From the NCBI GenBank assembly GCA_963825135.1, contig CAWGRW010000009.1:1056001-1120000 (forward strand): 64,000 nucleotides of DNA. Direction: 5' to 3'. How positions within the stretch are numbered: the first letter of the stretch is position 1; every line of letters begins with the position of its first letter. Positions 1 through 9,546 of this stretch are shown one piece after another. This DNA comes from an uncultured bacterium (GTDB lineage Bacteria; Desulfobacterota_D; UBA1144; Nemesobacterales; UBA2774). The position numbers and the translations under genes were made by a program. Below the pieces are notes generated by a model that saw only the letters and a program-made list of their open reading frames with translations, was not told the origin of the DNA and did no database searches.

Positions 1-852
1 TATATAGTATTTTTCGTTGCGGTGTTCAGCGCCTCTCTGATCATTACTTTTCCGGCTGAACTGATAAAAAAACGCATTATTTCCGAGATCGAAAGCAACA
101 CCGCGTATAAAGTCGACATAGAAGATGCCGGGATATCTCTTCTTCTAAGCGTCAACCTTAACGGTGTTAAGCTCTATAAATCGAAGGACCGGTTCCTCTC
201 TATCGATAGTTTAAGCATAAGGCCTTCGCTGCTGTCATTAATGTCGGACAGCGTCGAATTCCCGTTCAGAGCCAAGCTCCTGAATGGCGAAGTCGACGGC
301 AGCGTTAGTTTTACTAAAGCGGGATCGCGGACAAAGGAGATAGAGGCAACAATCAAACACCTCACGATTGATTCGCTCCCCGCATTCCTGTTGTCTGAGG
401 GCGGAGAGTTATTCTCCTTAGGGGGTGTTGTGGACGGCAGTATGCATGTTCAGCTCGAACCCAGGGCCAACGGGGAATTCGAGTTCGAGATCGACCGGCT
501 TAGCATGAAGGACATAAAAGTTAAGGGCTTCAGTCTCCCCAGCTTTACCGACCTCAAGTCCGTGGTAAAAGGAAACATAGACGGGAGCAAGACCAACATA
601 CTCGCGTTCAATGTGACGGGCAAAGACATAGATCTGGAGATAACGGGCACGACCCCTCTCGTCTGGGAAATCTCCAAAGGCGGAGTTATAGATATTGGTT
701 ACCGCCTGCAGATTAAAGGAGACCAAATGGCAAAGTACAAAGGACTATTGACCCCTTACCTGGCTACGCAGAGGGACGGGAGCCTCGGGGGGAAAATTCT
801 GGGCACAATGAAGAACCCGAGGTTCGAAAAAGACTCGACAACGAGGTTCTAA
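1..852 (+). CDS. Type II secretion system protein N (GspN)-like, 5' end truncated by window
   Basis: Frame is open from base 1 (YIVFFVAVFSASLIITFPAE). Hydrophobic N-terminal anchor ending in 'TFP', beta-rich body and C-terminal 'GTMKNPRF' resemble deltaproteobacterial GspN. Confidence 0.6.
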   Translation, partial: YIVFFVAVFSASLIITFPAELIKKRIISEIESNTAYKVDIEDAGISLLLSVNLNGVKLYKSKDRFLSIDSLSIRPSLLSLMSDSVEFPFRAKLLNGEVDGSVSFTKAGSRTKEIEATIKHLTIDSLPAFLLSEGGELFSLGGVVDGSMHVQLEPRANGEFEFEIDRLSMKDIKVKGFSLPSFTDLKSVVKGNIDGSKTNILAFNVTGKDIDLEITGTTPLVWEISKGGVIDIGYRLQIKGDQMAKYKGLLTPYLATQRDGSLGGKILGTMKNPRFEKDSTTRF

Positions 853-898
853 TCCGTAATTCGGTTTCATAAGTAAATCAGCCCGTTAGTGAACAATC

Positions 899-1165
899 AT
901 GGACGAAAGGGGCTTTGAGCAAAATTTACGCGGAGAGGGGTTTTCAGGCATATTTGTCCATAGAGACCGTCCTCATGCCCGCTACCCCGACCATACACAT
1001 GCCGGGATAACTGCACACATAGTGCTCGAAGGTCAAATAACCGTGACCTCTGAGGGGCAAACCGCGACCTACGGCGCGGGAGAGAGATTCGATATTCGGG
1101 CAGGGTCGGTTCATTCGGCGATTGCGGGACCCGAGGGCTGTCTGTATATGATTGGGGAAAAATAA
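899..1165 (+). CDS. Cupin domain protein
   Basis: Cupin motifs 'PDHTH...HIVLEG' and 'GERFDIRAGSVHS'. Confidence 0.8.
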   Translation: MDERGFEQNLRGEGFSGIFVHRDRPHARYPDHTHAGITAHIVLEGQITVTSEGQTATYGAGERFDIRAGSVHSAIAGPEGCLYMIGEK

Positions 1166-1249
1166 GTCCCGTTCCGTTGTTTTCCGGTAAGGATTGTTAT
1201 CGTATCATCCCCACGCGCGCCGTAATTTCTAATAATTGCTTCAGATTAT

Positions 1250-1278
1250 TTGACATAATTTTCCCCTGTTGCTATCAT
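1250..1278 (+). promoter_or_regulatory. Sigma70-type promoter for pheA
   Basis: TTGACA (1250-1255), 17-bp spacer ending in TGn, TATCAT (1273-1278). Confidence 0.7.
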
Positions 1279-1303
1279 TGTCCTTGGTTCACCTAGAACA
1301 ATA

Positions 1304-2392
1304 ATGATGGGCTCCTCTGATAACCTCGACAAACTCAGAAAAAAAATAGACGAAATCGACCGCGAGGTACTAGTTTTGCTGAACAGACGCGGCGATATAG
1401 TCCTCAGGATCGGAGAACTGAAAACCGAGAATAACGTCGGAGTATACGACCCCGTAAGGGAAAGTCAGATCGAAAAAAGGCTCAGGGAAATGAACCCCGG
1501 CCCGTTGTCTGACGATTCCGTTTTGAGGGTCTACCGTGAAATTATCTCCGCCTGCCGCGCCCTTCAGCATCCGCTTAAAGTAGCGTTCCTCGGCCCCGAA
1601 GGGAGCTTCTCGCACCAGGCCGCTTTTCACGAGTTCGGCGGTTCCGCCGAGCTTTTACCGGTAGCGAGCTTCGGAGATGTATTTGAGGAGGTCGAGAACG
1701 GAAGAGCGTCCTACGGAGTCGTACCGGTCGAGAACTCCATCGAAGGATCGATAGGGATCGTGCTCGACCTGCTTTCCCGCTCGAACCTCTCAATATCAGC
1801 CGAGCTTTTCGAGAAGATCAATCTTTACCTGCTCTCTAAGGCCGGATCGCTCAAGGATATCAAGGTTATAGCTTCCCATCCGCAGCCCCTTGCCCAGTGT
1901 AAAAAGTGGCTGAGCAAAAACCTCCCGAACAGGAAAATCCGTGAGACCTCGAGCACGGCCGAAGCAGCTAGGCTCGCATCCCGGAACAAGGGGCTGGCGG
2001 CTGTAGCCAGTGAGCATTCTGCATCGATATACAAACTCAAGATTCTCAAGAAGAATATCGAAGATAATAACCGGAATACGACCAGATTTTTTGTGATAGG
2101 CAGCCGCACGAGCGCCCCCTCCGGAGACGACAGGACGTCGATCGTTTTCTCCCTCAGGGATAAACCCGGGGAGCTCCAGAAATCCTTTTTTCAGCCGTTC
2201 GCCGAAGCAGGCGTGAATCTAACCAAAATTGAATCGAGGCCGTCCAAGGAAAGGCCCTGGGAATATCTGTTTTTTGTGGATTTCAAGGGACACGGGGAAG
2301 ATAAGGCGGTTAAGAGTCTCATCGAAAGAGTGGCTAAAAATTGCATCTACCTAAAGGTGCTCGGGTCCTATCCCATCGGCAGGAGCGCCTGA
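1304..2392 (+). CDS. pheA: Chorismate mutase/prephenate dehydratase (P-protein)
   Basis: N-terminal CM domain (LRKKIDEID...YDPVRE), PDT motifs GPEGSFS, PVENSIEG, NTTRF and ACT motif LTKIESRP. Confidence 0.95.
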   Translation: MMGSSDNLDKLRKKIDEIDREVLVLLNRRGDIVLRIGELKTENNVGVYDPVRESQIEKRLREMNPGPLSDDSVLRVYREIISACRALQHPLKVAFLGPEGSFSHQAAFHEFGGSAELLPVASFGDVFEEVENGRASYGVVPVENSIEGSIGIVLDLLSRSNLSISAELFEKINLYLLSKAGSLKDIKVIASHPQPLAQCKKWLSKNLPNRKIRETSSTAEAARLASRNKGLAAVASEHSASIYKLKILKKNIEDNNRNTTRFFVIGSRTSAPSGDDRTSIVFSLRDKPGELQKSFFQPFAEAGVNLTKIESRPSKERPWEYLFFVDFKGHGEDKAVKSLIERVAKNCIYLKVLGSYPIGRSA

Positions 2393-2470
2393 TTCCTTCC
2401 CCGGGAGTTCTGTCAGGAAAACCGGTTCTATTCGTGTTAGCATTTACCCGCCCCATCCGTGGGCCGTACT

Positions 2471-4240
2471 CTACGCAGGGAGTGTGACGCTGAACTTGCT
2501 CCCCTTCCCTTCTTCACTCTGAACCTCGATCCTGCCCCCGTGCATTATAACTATGTGTTTGACGATGCTAAGCCCCAGCCCTGTGCCCCCGAGGTTCCTG
2601 GAACGGGTTTTATCGACCCTGTAAAACCGCTCGAATATCCTGGGGAGATGCTCTTTCGGTATGCCTATGCCGGTATCGCTTATCTCGGTCAGTATCTGCG
2701 AGTCCGGACTTGAAACCCTGATGACGACTTCGCCTTTTTCGGGCGTATACTTCACGGCGTTGTCAATTAGGTTAATGAACATCTGCTCGAGGAGGAATCT
2801 GTTTGCTTTGACTTTGCAAGCCTCCTGCTCGGATTCGAATGATACATCGATTCCCTTTTCCGCCGCCTTTGACCTGAGCGCGTCGATGGAGGATTTGATT
2901 AATTCGTTGACGTTAATTTCCTCAAGGTCATTCGTGTTGTTTTCCTTCGATAAGGAGTCCCGGCTTTCGACCTCCGATAATACAAGCAGGTCCGATACGA
3001 TATTTATGAGCCTGTCGGTGTGGCGTTTGATAATCCTTAAAAAGTGTTTTTGGTCCTCGGGGCTCTCATATGCTTCTTCCTCGAGAGTCTCCGTATATCC
3101 CTTTATTGCGGTCAGCGGGGTTCTAAGTTCATGAGACACGTTCGCAATGAAATCTGCCTTTATCTTCTCGAGCCTCTTGAAATCGGTTATGTCGAACAAT
3201 ACTACTATGAGTTCTTTATCCGGAGAATCGAGCGGGATAACATTCACAAAGTAGTGCTTTTCGTCGGGATAGAGATAGAAAATCTCTCTCGAGTCGGACA
3301 TCCGGTTCTCAAGCACGCTCTCCACTAATTTTGTAAGCTCCCTGTTCCGCAATATTTCCCAGTAGGGTTTGCGCGCGGTGTCCTCTTTCAGGTTGAACAT
3401 CTTTTTTAGCGCGCTGTTTATAATGAGGACCCTGCCGTCCCGGGAAACGACCATTACCCCTTCACTCATGGCGCCGAGCACCGCTTCAAGCTGGTTCTTT
3501 TCCTTGGACAGCTGCTTGAACAGTTCGTTTAGCTTTTGAGCCATTCGACTGAGCGCCAGCGAGATTTTGGAAATTTCGGTCTTGCTGTTCATGATGGGCA
3601 TGGTTACGTCGAGGTTCCCTTTCGCAAGTTCCTCCGAAACGTTGATGATTCCCCTGAATGACATCGATATTGTTTTAGATAATGCGAACGAGAGCAGCAA
3701 TGCTATTACCGTAAGTATCCCTCCCAAATAAAGAACCTTCATTTCTATCGGGTGGATCATGTTCTGCATAAAACTGAGAGGGAGGGACGTTCGTATCACC
3801 GCCGTTATTTGCCCTCCGTCGCTCTTGTAGGGGACGGCTACGTAGAGCATCTCCCGCTTGAGGGTATTGCTGTAGCGGCTGCTTTCTCCCAAGTCGTTTG
3901 CTATGGCTTCCCTTATCTCCGGCCTATCGGAATGGTTTTCCATTTCCGCGGGATTTCTGGTCGAATCACCCAGGACGCTGCCGTCTTTGGCGATTACCGT
4001 GATTCTGATGCCGGTTTTCTCGCCGAGCTCCGATACCCGTTTCTGGATCTCCGCTTGCCCGCCGGTGTCCAGCGGACGTTCCAGGGCCTCGGTGACGAGA
4101 TTGGCCGACTTTAGGAGCATCTCTCTGGTCTGAGATTTTTCGTAATCTTGCAGTTCGCCGATAACGAGGAATGTGAACAGGAATAATACGAGGAAAATTA
4201 TCAGTAAACTGGAAATGAACTGTTTCCAAAATATGCTCAA
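2471..4240 (-). CDS. phoR: Phosphate regulon sensor histidine kinase (HAMP-PAS-HisKA-HATPase)
   Basis: Two TM segments, 'MENHSDRPEI' sensor motif, 'DFIANVSHELRTPLT', 'IFERFYRVDKTRSRNLGGTGLGLSIVKH'. Lies next to an OmpR-type regulator and a phosphate porin. Confidence 0.88.
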   Translation of the reverse strand: MSIFWKQFISSLLIIFLVLFLFTFLVIGELQDYEKSQTREMLLKSANLVTEALERPLDTGGQAEIQKRVSELGEKTGIRITVIAKDGSVLGDSTRNPAEMENHSDRPEIREAIANDLGESSRYSNTLKREMLYVAVPYKSDGGQITAVIRTSLPLSFMQNMIHPIEMKVLYLGGILTVIALLLSFALSKTISMSFRGIINVSEELAKGNLDVTMPIMNSKTEISKISLALSRMAQKLNELFKQLSKEKNQLEAVLGAMSEGVMVVSRDGRVLIINSALKKMFNLKEDTARKPYWEILRNRELTKLVESVLENRMSDSREIFYLYPDEKHYFVNVIPLDSPDKELIVVLFDITDFKRLEKIKADFIANVSHELRTPLTAIKGYTETLEEEAYESPEDQKHFLRIIKRHTDRLINIVSDLLVLSEVESRDSLSKENNTNDLEEINVNELIKSSIDALRSKAAEKGIDVSFESEQEACKVKANRFLLEQMFINLIDNAVKYTPEKGEVVIRVSSPDSQILTEISDTGIGIPKEHLPRIFERFYRVDKTRSRNLGGTGLGLSIVKHIVIMHGGRIEVQSEEGKGSKFSVTLPA

Positions 4241-4247
4241 CCGTAAC

Positions 4248-4937
4248 CTACTCTTCTAACTTATAGCCTATGCTTCTGACTGTCTTAATCATATTACCCG
4301 CCGCCCCCAGCTTTTCCCTGAGGTTTTTAATATGTACGTCGATAGTCCTGTCGTAAACGAGCTTATCGTCGCCCCAGAGCCTTTTCTTTTTTAAAAGCTG
4401 GTCCCTTGTAAACACCCTGCCCTTGCCGTCGGCCAGCACCTCCAGAATTTTAAACTCCGTTGTTGTCAGGAGCACCTTTTCATTATCCACCGAGACCTCA
4501 TACTTTTCCGTGTTTATTGTAAGAGGTCCGATCTTGAGAATCAAATTGTCCGCTTCCTTGGCGCTCGTCCTTCTCAAAACAGTCTTTACCCTGGCTACAA
4601 GCTCCCGGGGGCTGAACGGTTTTACGATGTAATCATCGGCGCCCAGCTCAAGTCCCACGACCACGTCCGCTTCGGATGCCTTGGCTGTCAGCATTATGAT
4701 AGGCACGAATGCGGTTGTCGTCTTGTTTTTCAGTATTCTGCAAATCTCCAGACCGTCTATTCCCGGCAGCATGATGTCTAGCACGGCGAGGTCTGGAACC
4801 ACGGCCTCTATGTACGAAAGAAAATCCCTTCCGTTGTGGAATTCCTTTACCCTGAACCCCTCTCTCTTCAGGTGGTGGCTGACGAGCTTCACTATGTCTT
4901 CTTCGTCGTCCACAATCGTTATTATTTTTTCAGTCAT
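4248..4937 (-). CDS. phoB: OmpR/PhoB-family response regulator
   Basis: Receiver domain (VDDE, LDIMLPG, KPFS) plus winged helix (RTIDVHIKNLREKL). Start placed at ATG 4937. Confidence 0.85.
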   Translation of the reverse strand: MTEKIITIVDDEEDIVKLVSHHLKREGFRVKEFHNGRDFLSYIEAVVPDLAVLDIMLPGIDGLEICRILKNKTTTAFVPIIMLTAKASEADVVVGLELGADDYIVKPFSPRELVARVKTVLRRTSAKEADNLILKIGPLTINTEKYEVSVDNEKVLLTTTEFKILEVLADGKGRVFTRDQLLKKKRLWGDDKLVYDRTIDVHIKNLREKLGAAGNMIKTVRSIGYKLEE

Positions 4938-5020
4938 ATTATCTAACTTATTCAAAGTATACAGTAAACTTTACCTTTAGATTAAACGATAAGTCCCCAC
5001 TTGCAACAAGATACGACCCC

Positions 5021-5064
5021 CTTAACCATATCTTAACATTAATTTCACATCAATTTCACGAACT
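5021..5064 (+). promoter_or_regulatory. Pho-box-like array of four direct repeats with 11-bp period
   Basis: CTTAACCatat CTTAACAttaa TTTCACAtcaa TTTCACGaact, upstream of the porin RBS (AAGGAGGAGG). Confidence 0.75.
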
Positions 5065-5109
5065 CTCTTTATCTTCTACCCAAATCTATCTTAAGGAGGA
5101 GGTCGAGAG

Positions 5110-6507
5110 ATGAAGACATTACTGAAACTGCTAACCATTGCAGTTTTAGTCCTGCCCCTTTCGGGTATTACCGCGAAAGCGCAGTCGACTAAACAGCAGA
5201 TACAGGAATTAAAACAGCAGATCGAGGCTATTCAGACCCAGAATCAGCAGCAGATACAACAGCTCAAGCAGCAGATCGAGTTGCTGGAAAATGCGAGGCA
5301 GGCTGATCAGGAGAAGATTGCCGAGGTGGCGACCAAGCAGGCTACAGTGGATGAGGAGGCATGGTATAACAAGTTCTTGGCCAAGTATGATAAAGGTTTT
5401 GTGTTTGAATCGGCCGACGACAAAGGGTTTAAATTCAAGATGAAATTCACCGTTTTAGCCCAGATGCAGGGCTTTGTCAATGATACCGATACGAAGCTTA
5501 CGCAGACCAATTTCCAAGTTCGGAGACTCGAGCTGAAGTGGGACGGGTATGCCTTCGCGCCATGGTTCTACTATACCTTCATGATAGACCCTGCCAGCGG
5601 CACCCTTTTAAAGGATATGTATCTCACGGCCGCGTATCAGAAGGAGATCGGGCCCAGGGTTGGACAGTGGAAAGTGCCTTACAACAGAGAAGAGCTGACT
5701 TCTACTGCGGCGTTGCAGATAATAGAAAGGTCCGTAGTTAACTCTCAGTTCTCTCTTGAGAGGACTAGGGGTGCGGCATTGATGGGCGGCATCGGAGCGA
5801 ACAGTAACTTTTCGTATAGCGCCGGTGTGTTTAATGCTGCGGGGATCGACCAAACGAACCTCGATTCCAATTTGCTCTACGTCGGCAGGATTCAGCTGGG
5901 CTTGGCGGGAGACGACGACTATAAATTTAACTCGAACGGCACCTTTGCCACCGCTAAAGCATATGACATTGTTCCAAACTTCGCCAAGAACCCAACCTTC
6001 GTGGTTGGTTTTGCTGCGGCCGCAATACCTGGACTCAACTGCGACAGGGACGTGCCGAACGGCGGGGTTTGTCCGAGGATCGCGGCGCTGGGATTCCCGA
6101 CAACGGACTTCACGCAGCTTACGGGCGACCTGAGCTTTAAAATGGCCTACTTCAACGTCGAGGCTGAATACGAAGCCAGGTGGCTCTCGCCCGACACAGG
6201 TCCTCAGGATACCGCCTTCGACCAGGGGTTCAGGGTACAGGCAGGCGCATTTTTGATGCCTAAGACCGTTGAGCTCGCCGCGAGATACGCGCTGGTGGAC
6301 TTCGATACGAGCTCCAGCGTTGTTCCGCCGGATACGAGCCTGGCAAGCAGACAGTGGGAGATAACGCCCGAACTTAACTACTATATGTCGCACGACCACA
6401 GATGGAAGCTAATGCTCAGCTATACGTTCCAGCGAAACGAGGCCACGCAGGATGTCCCGGACGTGGATGCGAACATTGTCAGGGCGCAGCTCCAGGCCAA
6501 TTTTTAA
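5110..6507 (+). CDS. Phosphate-selective porin O/P family protein
   Basis: Signal peptide, Gln-rich coiled coil, 'FQVRRLEL', 'LKDMY', 'VGQWKVPYNREEL', 'IERS', C-terminal Phe. Divergent from phoBR. Confidence 0.8.
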   Translation: MKTLLKLLTIAVLVLPLSGITAKAQSTKQQIQELKQQIEAIQTQNQQQIQQLKQQIELLENARQADQEKIAEVATKQATVDEEAWYNKFLAKYDKGFVFESADDKGFKFKMKFTVLAQMQGFVNDTDTKLTQTNFQVRRLELKWDGYAFAPWFYYTFMIDPASGTLLKDMYLTAAYQKEIGPRVGQWKVPYNREELTSTAALQIIERSVVNSQFSLERTRGAALMGGIGANSNFSYSAGVFNAAGIDQTNLDSNLLYVGRIQLGLAGDDDYKFNSNGTFATAKAYDIVPNFAKNPTFVVGFAAAAIPGLNCDRDVPNGGVCPRIAALGFPTTDFTQLTGDLSFKMAYFNVEAEYEARWLSPDTGPQDTAFDQGFRVQAGAFLMPKTVELAARYALVDFDTSSSVVPPDTSLASRQWEITPELNYYMSHDHRWKLMLSYTFQRNEATQDVPDVDANIVRAQLQANF

Positions 6508-6586
6508 TAGACAGGAGTTAAGACCGTATAAGAACAGAAAGATAATTTAAGTCATCTCCCTTTTTCGTTCTGGCTCCAAAACCTCC

Positions 6587-6630
6587 GAAACCCGGTACAT
6601 GAGACGGCCTCATGTGCCGGGTTTCATTTT
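6587..6630 (+). terminator. Rho-independent terminator
   Basis: GAAACCCGGTACATGAG-acggc-CTCATGTGCCGGGTTTC followed by ATTTT. Confidence 0.75.
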
Positions 6631-6819
6631 ATAGAACTTTAGTTCCGAGAACCCCAATTCGAGCCCGGATAAACACCATTAGTAATAGTTGATATGAGTT
6701 TTAGAGTGTAGGAAGTGAGGGATTTACGTCGGACGGCCGTCGTTACAACGGAATACACGGTCAGGCGGGAAAAGGGAACAGTTCCGGATTATGAAGAGGG
6801 TCGAACGGCTATTTCCAAT

Positions 6820-7539
6820 TCAGGACCGAGCCGAAACGAGCATCGAGATGAGCCTGTCTTTTACCATTCCAGGCATTGCGCTTCTTTGAAGGTCCTTGAC
6901 GGTCTTTTCGATGTCGTAACCCACCCTTCTTATGGAGGCCTGGCCGTTCTCGATTACCCCGTACGAAGCTCTCGGGTCGTGGTCCCTGGGCTGCCCTACG
7001 GAACCCGGATTCAGGACTGTAACATTCCCCATCTTCTTTACAAACGGTTTATGAGAATGTCCGGTCAGAATAAATTTCCGCTTCTCCCCGTCCCGGCAGC
7101 ATTGTGGGAGTCCGGTATCCGGCTCGTCATCGCCCGCCATGTAATAAAAAACACAGGAATAGGGGTCCGATCCGTGCGCAAGCTCGAAATCGATCCCGTC
7201 TATGGAGAAATCCCTGTCGAGCGGCAGTCTCCTCAAAAACCCCACCTCTTCACCGGTCAGGAAGCACTCACCCCATTCATTAGAGATAGAAGAAATCTGC
7301 TTTAGCTCCTCCGAACAGTTGCTGCCGGTGCCGAAGGCGAGTGCGTGGTCATGGTCTCCCCTGACCCCCCAGAAGCGCGCCTTCGAGGACTTGATGAGGA
7401 AATTGACGCAGTTTTTCGGATCCGGTCCGAAATCTACCACGTCACCGAGAAATACCAGCGCGTCATAGCCCTCCCTGGCAAGGACTGCCTGGAGGGCATG
7501 CCAGTTTGCGTGAATGTCTGAAATTATTAGTATTTTCAT
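6820..7539 (-). CDS. Calcineurin-like metallophosphoesterase
   Basis: Motifs SDIHAN, GDVVD, G(D)HD, HGS, GHSH and NPGSVGQPRD. Confidence 0.88.
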   Translation of the reverse strand: MKILIISDIHANWHALQAVLAREGYDALVFLGDVVDFGPDPKNCVNFLIKSSKARFWGVRGDHDHALAFGTGSNCSEELKQISSISNEWGECFLTGEEVGFLRRLPLDRDFSIDGIDFELAHGSDPYSCVFYYMAGDDEPDTGLPQCCRDGEKRKFILTGHSHKPFVKKMGNVTVLNPGSVGQPRDHDPRASYGVIENGQASIRRVGYDIEKTVKDLQRSAMPGMVKDRLISMLVSARS

Positions 7540-7563
7540 GTTAACCTTAATATATGGGCAAAT

Positions 7564-7603
7564 TGTTAACCTGGTATCAGTATATTGTTAAGGCGGCGTT
7601 TAG
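7564..7603 (-). promoter_or_regulatory. Pho-box-like repeats upstream of the metallophosphoesterase
   Basis: Minus strand reads CTAAACG / CTTAACA / (ACTGATA) / GTTAACA at an exact 11-bp period. Confidence 0.55.
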
Positions 7604-7781
7604 ATCGAGTCATTTATGAGGGCATGTTTACTACATTAAAAATGTTGTATAATTAGGGCATGGGATTTAGAGATTTTTACAATTTTTCAAATTGGGACTA
7701 GATTTTTTTACAAATGAGTGTTAGAATGAGTAAATCGGAGGGAGTAGTCAAGAGGGTCACGGCAGAAGACGAAAAAACCTC

Positions 7782-7810
7782 TTGACAAGAGAGTTTAATT
7801 TATATAGAGT
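7782..7810 (+). promoter_or_regulatory. Sigma70-type promoter for the second outer-membrane protein
   Basis: TTGACA-17 bp-TAGAGT. The -35 lies within an inverted repeat GTCAAGAGG (7747-7755)/CCTCTTGAC (7778-7786). Confidence 0.55.
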
Positions 7811-7853
7811 AAGCTCAGAACTTTAAAAACTAAATCAAAGGAGGTAAGGAGAG

Positions 7854-9413
7854 ATGAGTAAAGCCAAATGGCTATTTATGTTTTTATTGGCTCTATGTAT
7901 GGCCATGCCTACGTTTGCAGTCGAACTGAGTTTGGGCGGCTTTCCTAGTTACATGCGTACGAGAGCACGTTACATCGGAAACGCAACCTTTATATCGGCG
8001 TTGAGCAATCAGAACGCCATAGATCTTGGTTTTTCCGGTAATGATGACAACATATTTTTCGCGGATACCAGTCTGCGTTTAACCCCTCAATTGGTGCTCA
8101 GCGACGCAGTCACGATCAGGGCACAGTTGAACGTATTTGATAACAACATCTGGGGCGGTTCGACGTCGCAGTTATTGGGAGGACGCAACGGTGTTGTCAA
8201 TTCCAACCTGTCTTTCAGCGACAGGTTCAGGGGTGCGATTCTGACCGGACCCAACGCTATAGACGACCCTGGATTTTTTGACGTCAGGATGTTACATGCT
8301 GACATAGTACTTCCTCACAACCTCGGATTCGTCAGGGTTGGCCGTCAGCCTTTTGACTGGGGTCTTGGTATTCTTGCGAACGGCGGCTGGGATCCATACA
8401 GCGACCTCGGTTTCGTAGTCGACAGGTTCCTTTATCTTAAGTCTTTCGCGGCCGGATCTTCGTCTATTACCTTCGTGTTGGTTTCAGATATTTTCACTCA
8501 GGGCAACAGCGTGGTTACCGGGCAGGGTAATGGATATGATGTTGCAGCGGCAGCTCTTATCTTCAACAGCCCGAACGCCATGGGTGGAAACTTGACGATC
8601 GGTGGTTATGTATTTCCCTATATACATCAGAACGACATCGGAACGTTTCCCTTTAACGGAACAGACCCAGGCGTGCCGCCAAATTCCGGAGCGACCGTCG
8701 GTGGTGTAGATCTTGATCACTTGGTTCTTTATTCCGGCTTGATCGATTACAAGACGGACCTCTGGAGACTGGTTGGTGAAATGCAGGGAGCTTGGGGTGA
8801 GCTCGATATAGCCGGTGTGGGCAAAGTCGACATACCCGCTTCAAACATTATCTTTGCGGCTCGCGCGGAGGTTTATCCCGGCTGGCCTATGAAGATAATA
8901 GCGGCGGAATTCGGCTGGTCTAAGGGCGATGACCTTAGTTCATCGGATCTCAATGGAGGGGTTATCTTCTTTAACCCGGCGTACAACATTGACAACCTCC
9001 TCTTCAAGAACATGATACCGAACATCTATCAGGTTGAGAGCAGCGTTTTCAACGCGTACTATGCAAGGCTCTGGGGAACAGTAAAGCTTATTGACGAGCT
9101 TTCCTTTACGCCTCAGGTGCTGGTTGCCTTCAACGAAGAGACGTCAAATCCATACCCGGGTGTAGACAGCTTAGACACATACATGGGTACGGAAGTCGAG
9201 GGAACACTCACATGGCATATGTACCCTGGAGTTAACCTCGATCTCATCGGCGGTATCGTATTCCCCGGCAACAGCTTGGATACGTTGTTAGAGGCTCAGG
9301 CATCTAACACATTGGCTGCTAACGAGGTCGATTCGGACGGTGTCAGGTATAACGAAACGCCGTATACAGTACAGGGCAGGTTGATGATCTTCATTGACCA
9401 GTTCTTTAAATAG
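7854..9413 (+). CDS. Outer-membrane beta-barrel protein (alginate-export/TIGR04551-like porin)
   Basis: Strong RBS, signal peptide (…PTFA), amphipathic strands, 'VGRQPFDWGLGILANGG…DRF' and 'YMGTEVEGTLTW' segments. Confidence 0.7.
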   Translation: MSKAKWLFMFLLALCMAMPTFAVELSLGGFPSYMRTRARYIGNATFISALSNQNAIDLGFSGNDDNIFFADTSLRLTPQLVLSDAVTIRAQLNVFDNNIWGGSTSQLLGGRNGVVNSNLSFSDRFRGAILTGPNAIDDPGFFDVRMLHADIVLPHNLGFVRVGRQPFDWGLGILANGGWDPYSDLGFVVDRFLYLKSFAAGSSSITFVLVSDIFTQGNSVVTGQGNGYDVAAAALIFNSPNAMGGNLTIGGYVFPYIHQNDIGTFPFNGTDPGVPPNSGATVGGVDLDHLVLYSGLIDYKTDLWRLVGEMQGAWGELDIAGVGKVDIPASNIIFAARAEVYPGWPMKIIAAEFGWSKGDDLSSSDLNGGVIFFNPAYNIDNLLFKNMIPNIYQVESSVFNAYYARLWGTVKLIDELSFTPQVLVAFNEETSNPYPGVDSLDTYMGTEVEGTLTWHMYPGVNLDLIGGIVFPGNSLDTLLEAQASNTLAANEVDSDGVRYNETPYTVQGRLMIFIDQFFK

Positions 9414-9466
9414 AAATTGACGCATCGAAGTGGAGATGTATTAAAGTTTTCTCTCCTCGATGTTAT

Positions 9467-9514
9467 AAAAAATAAACCCCTTCTCTCGATTGACGAGGGA
9501 AGGGGTTTTTTATT
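9467..9514. terminator. Bidirectional Rho-independent terminator
   Basis: A-tract, AAACCCCTTCTCTCG-attga-CGAGGGAAGGGGTTT, T-tract, between convergent genes. Confidence 0.85.
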
Positions 9515-9546
9515 ATGGGCGGTAGCTCTTCTCGGTCGGGTAGATT

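Noticed and set aside
5190..5310. CAG-rich repeat in the porin 5' region
   Set aside because: It encodes a Gln-rich coiled coil typical of such porins, not a discrete DNA repeat.
5608..7305. ORFs 5608..6399 (-) and 6715..7305 (+)
   Set aside because: They overlap the porin and the metallophosphoesterase on the opposite strand and show no protein-like motifs.
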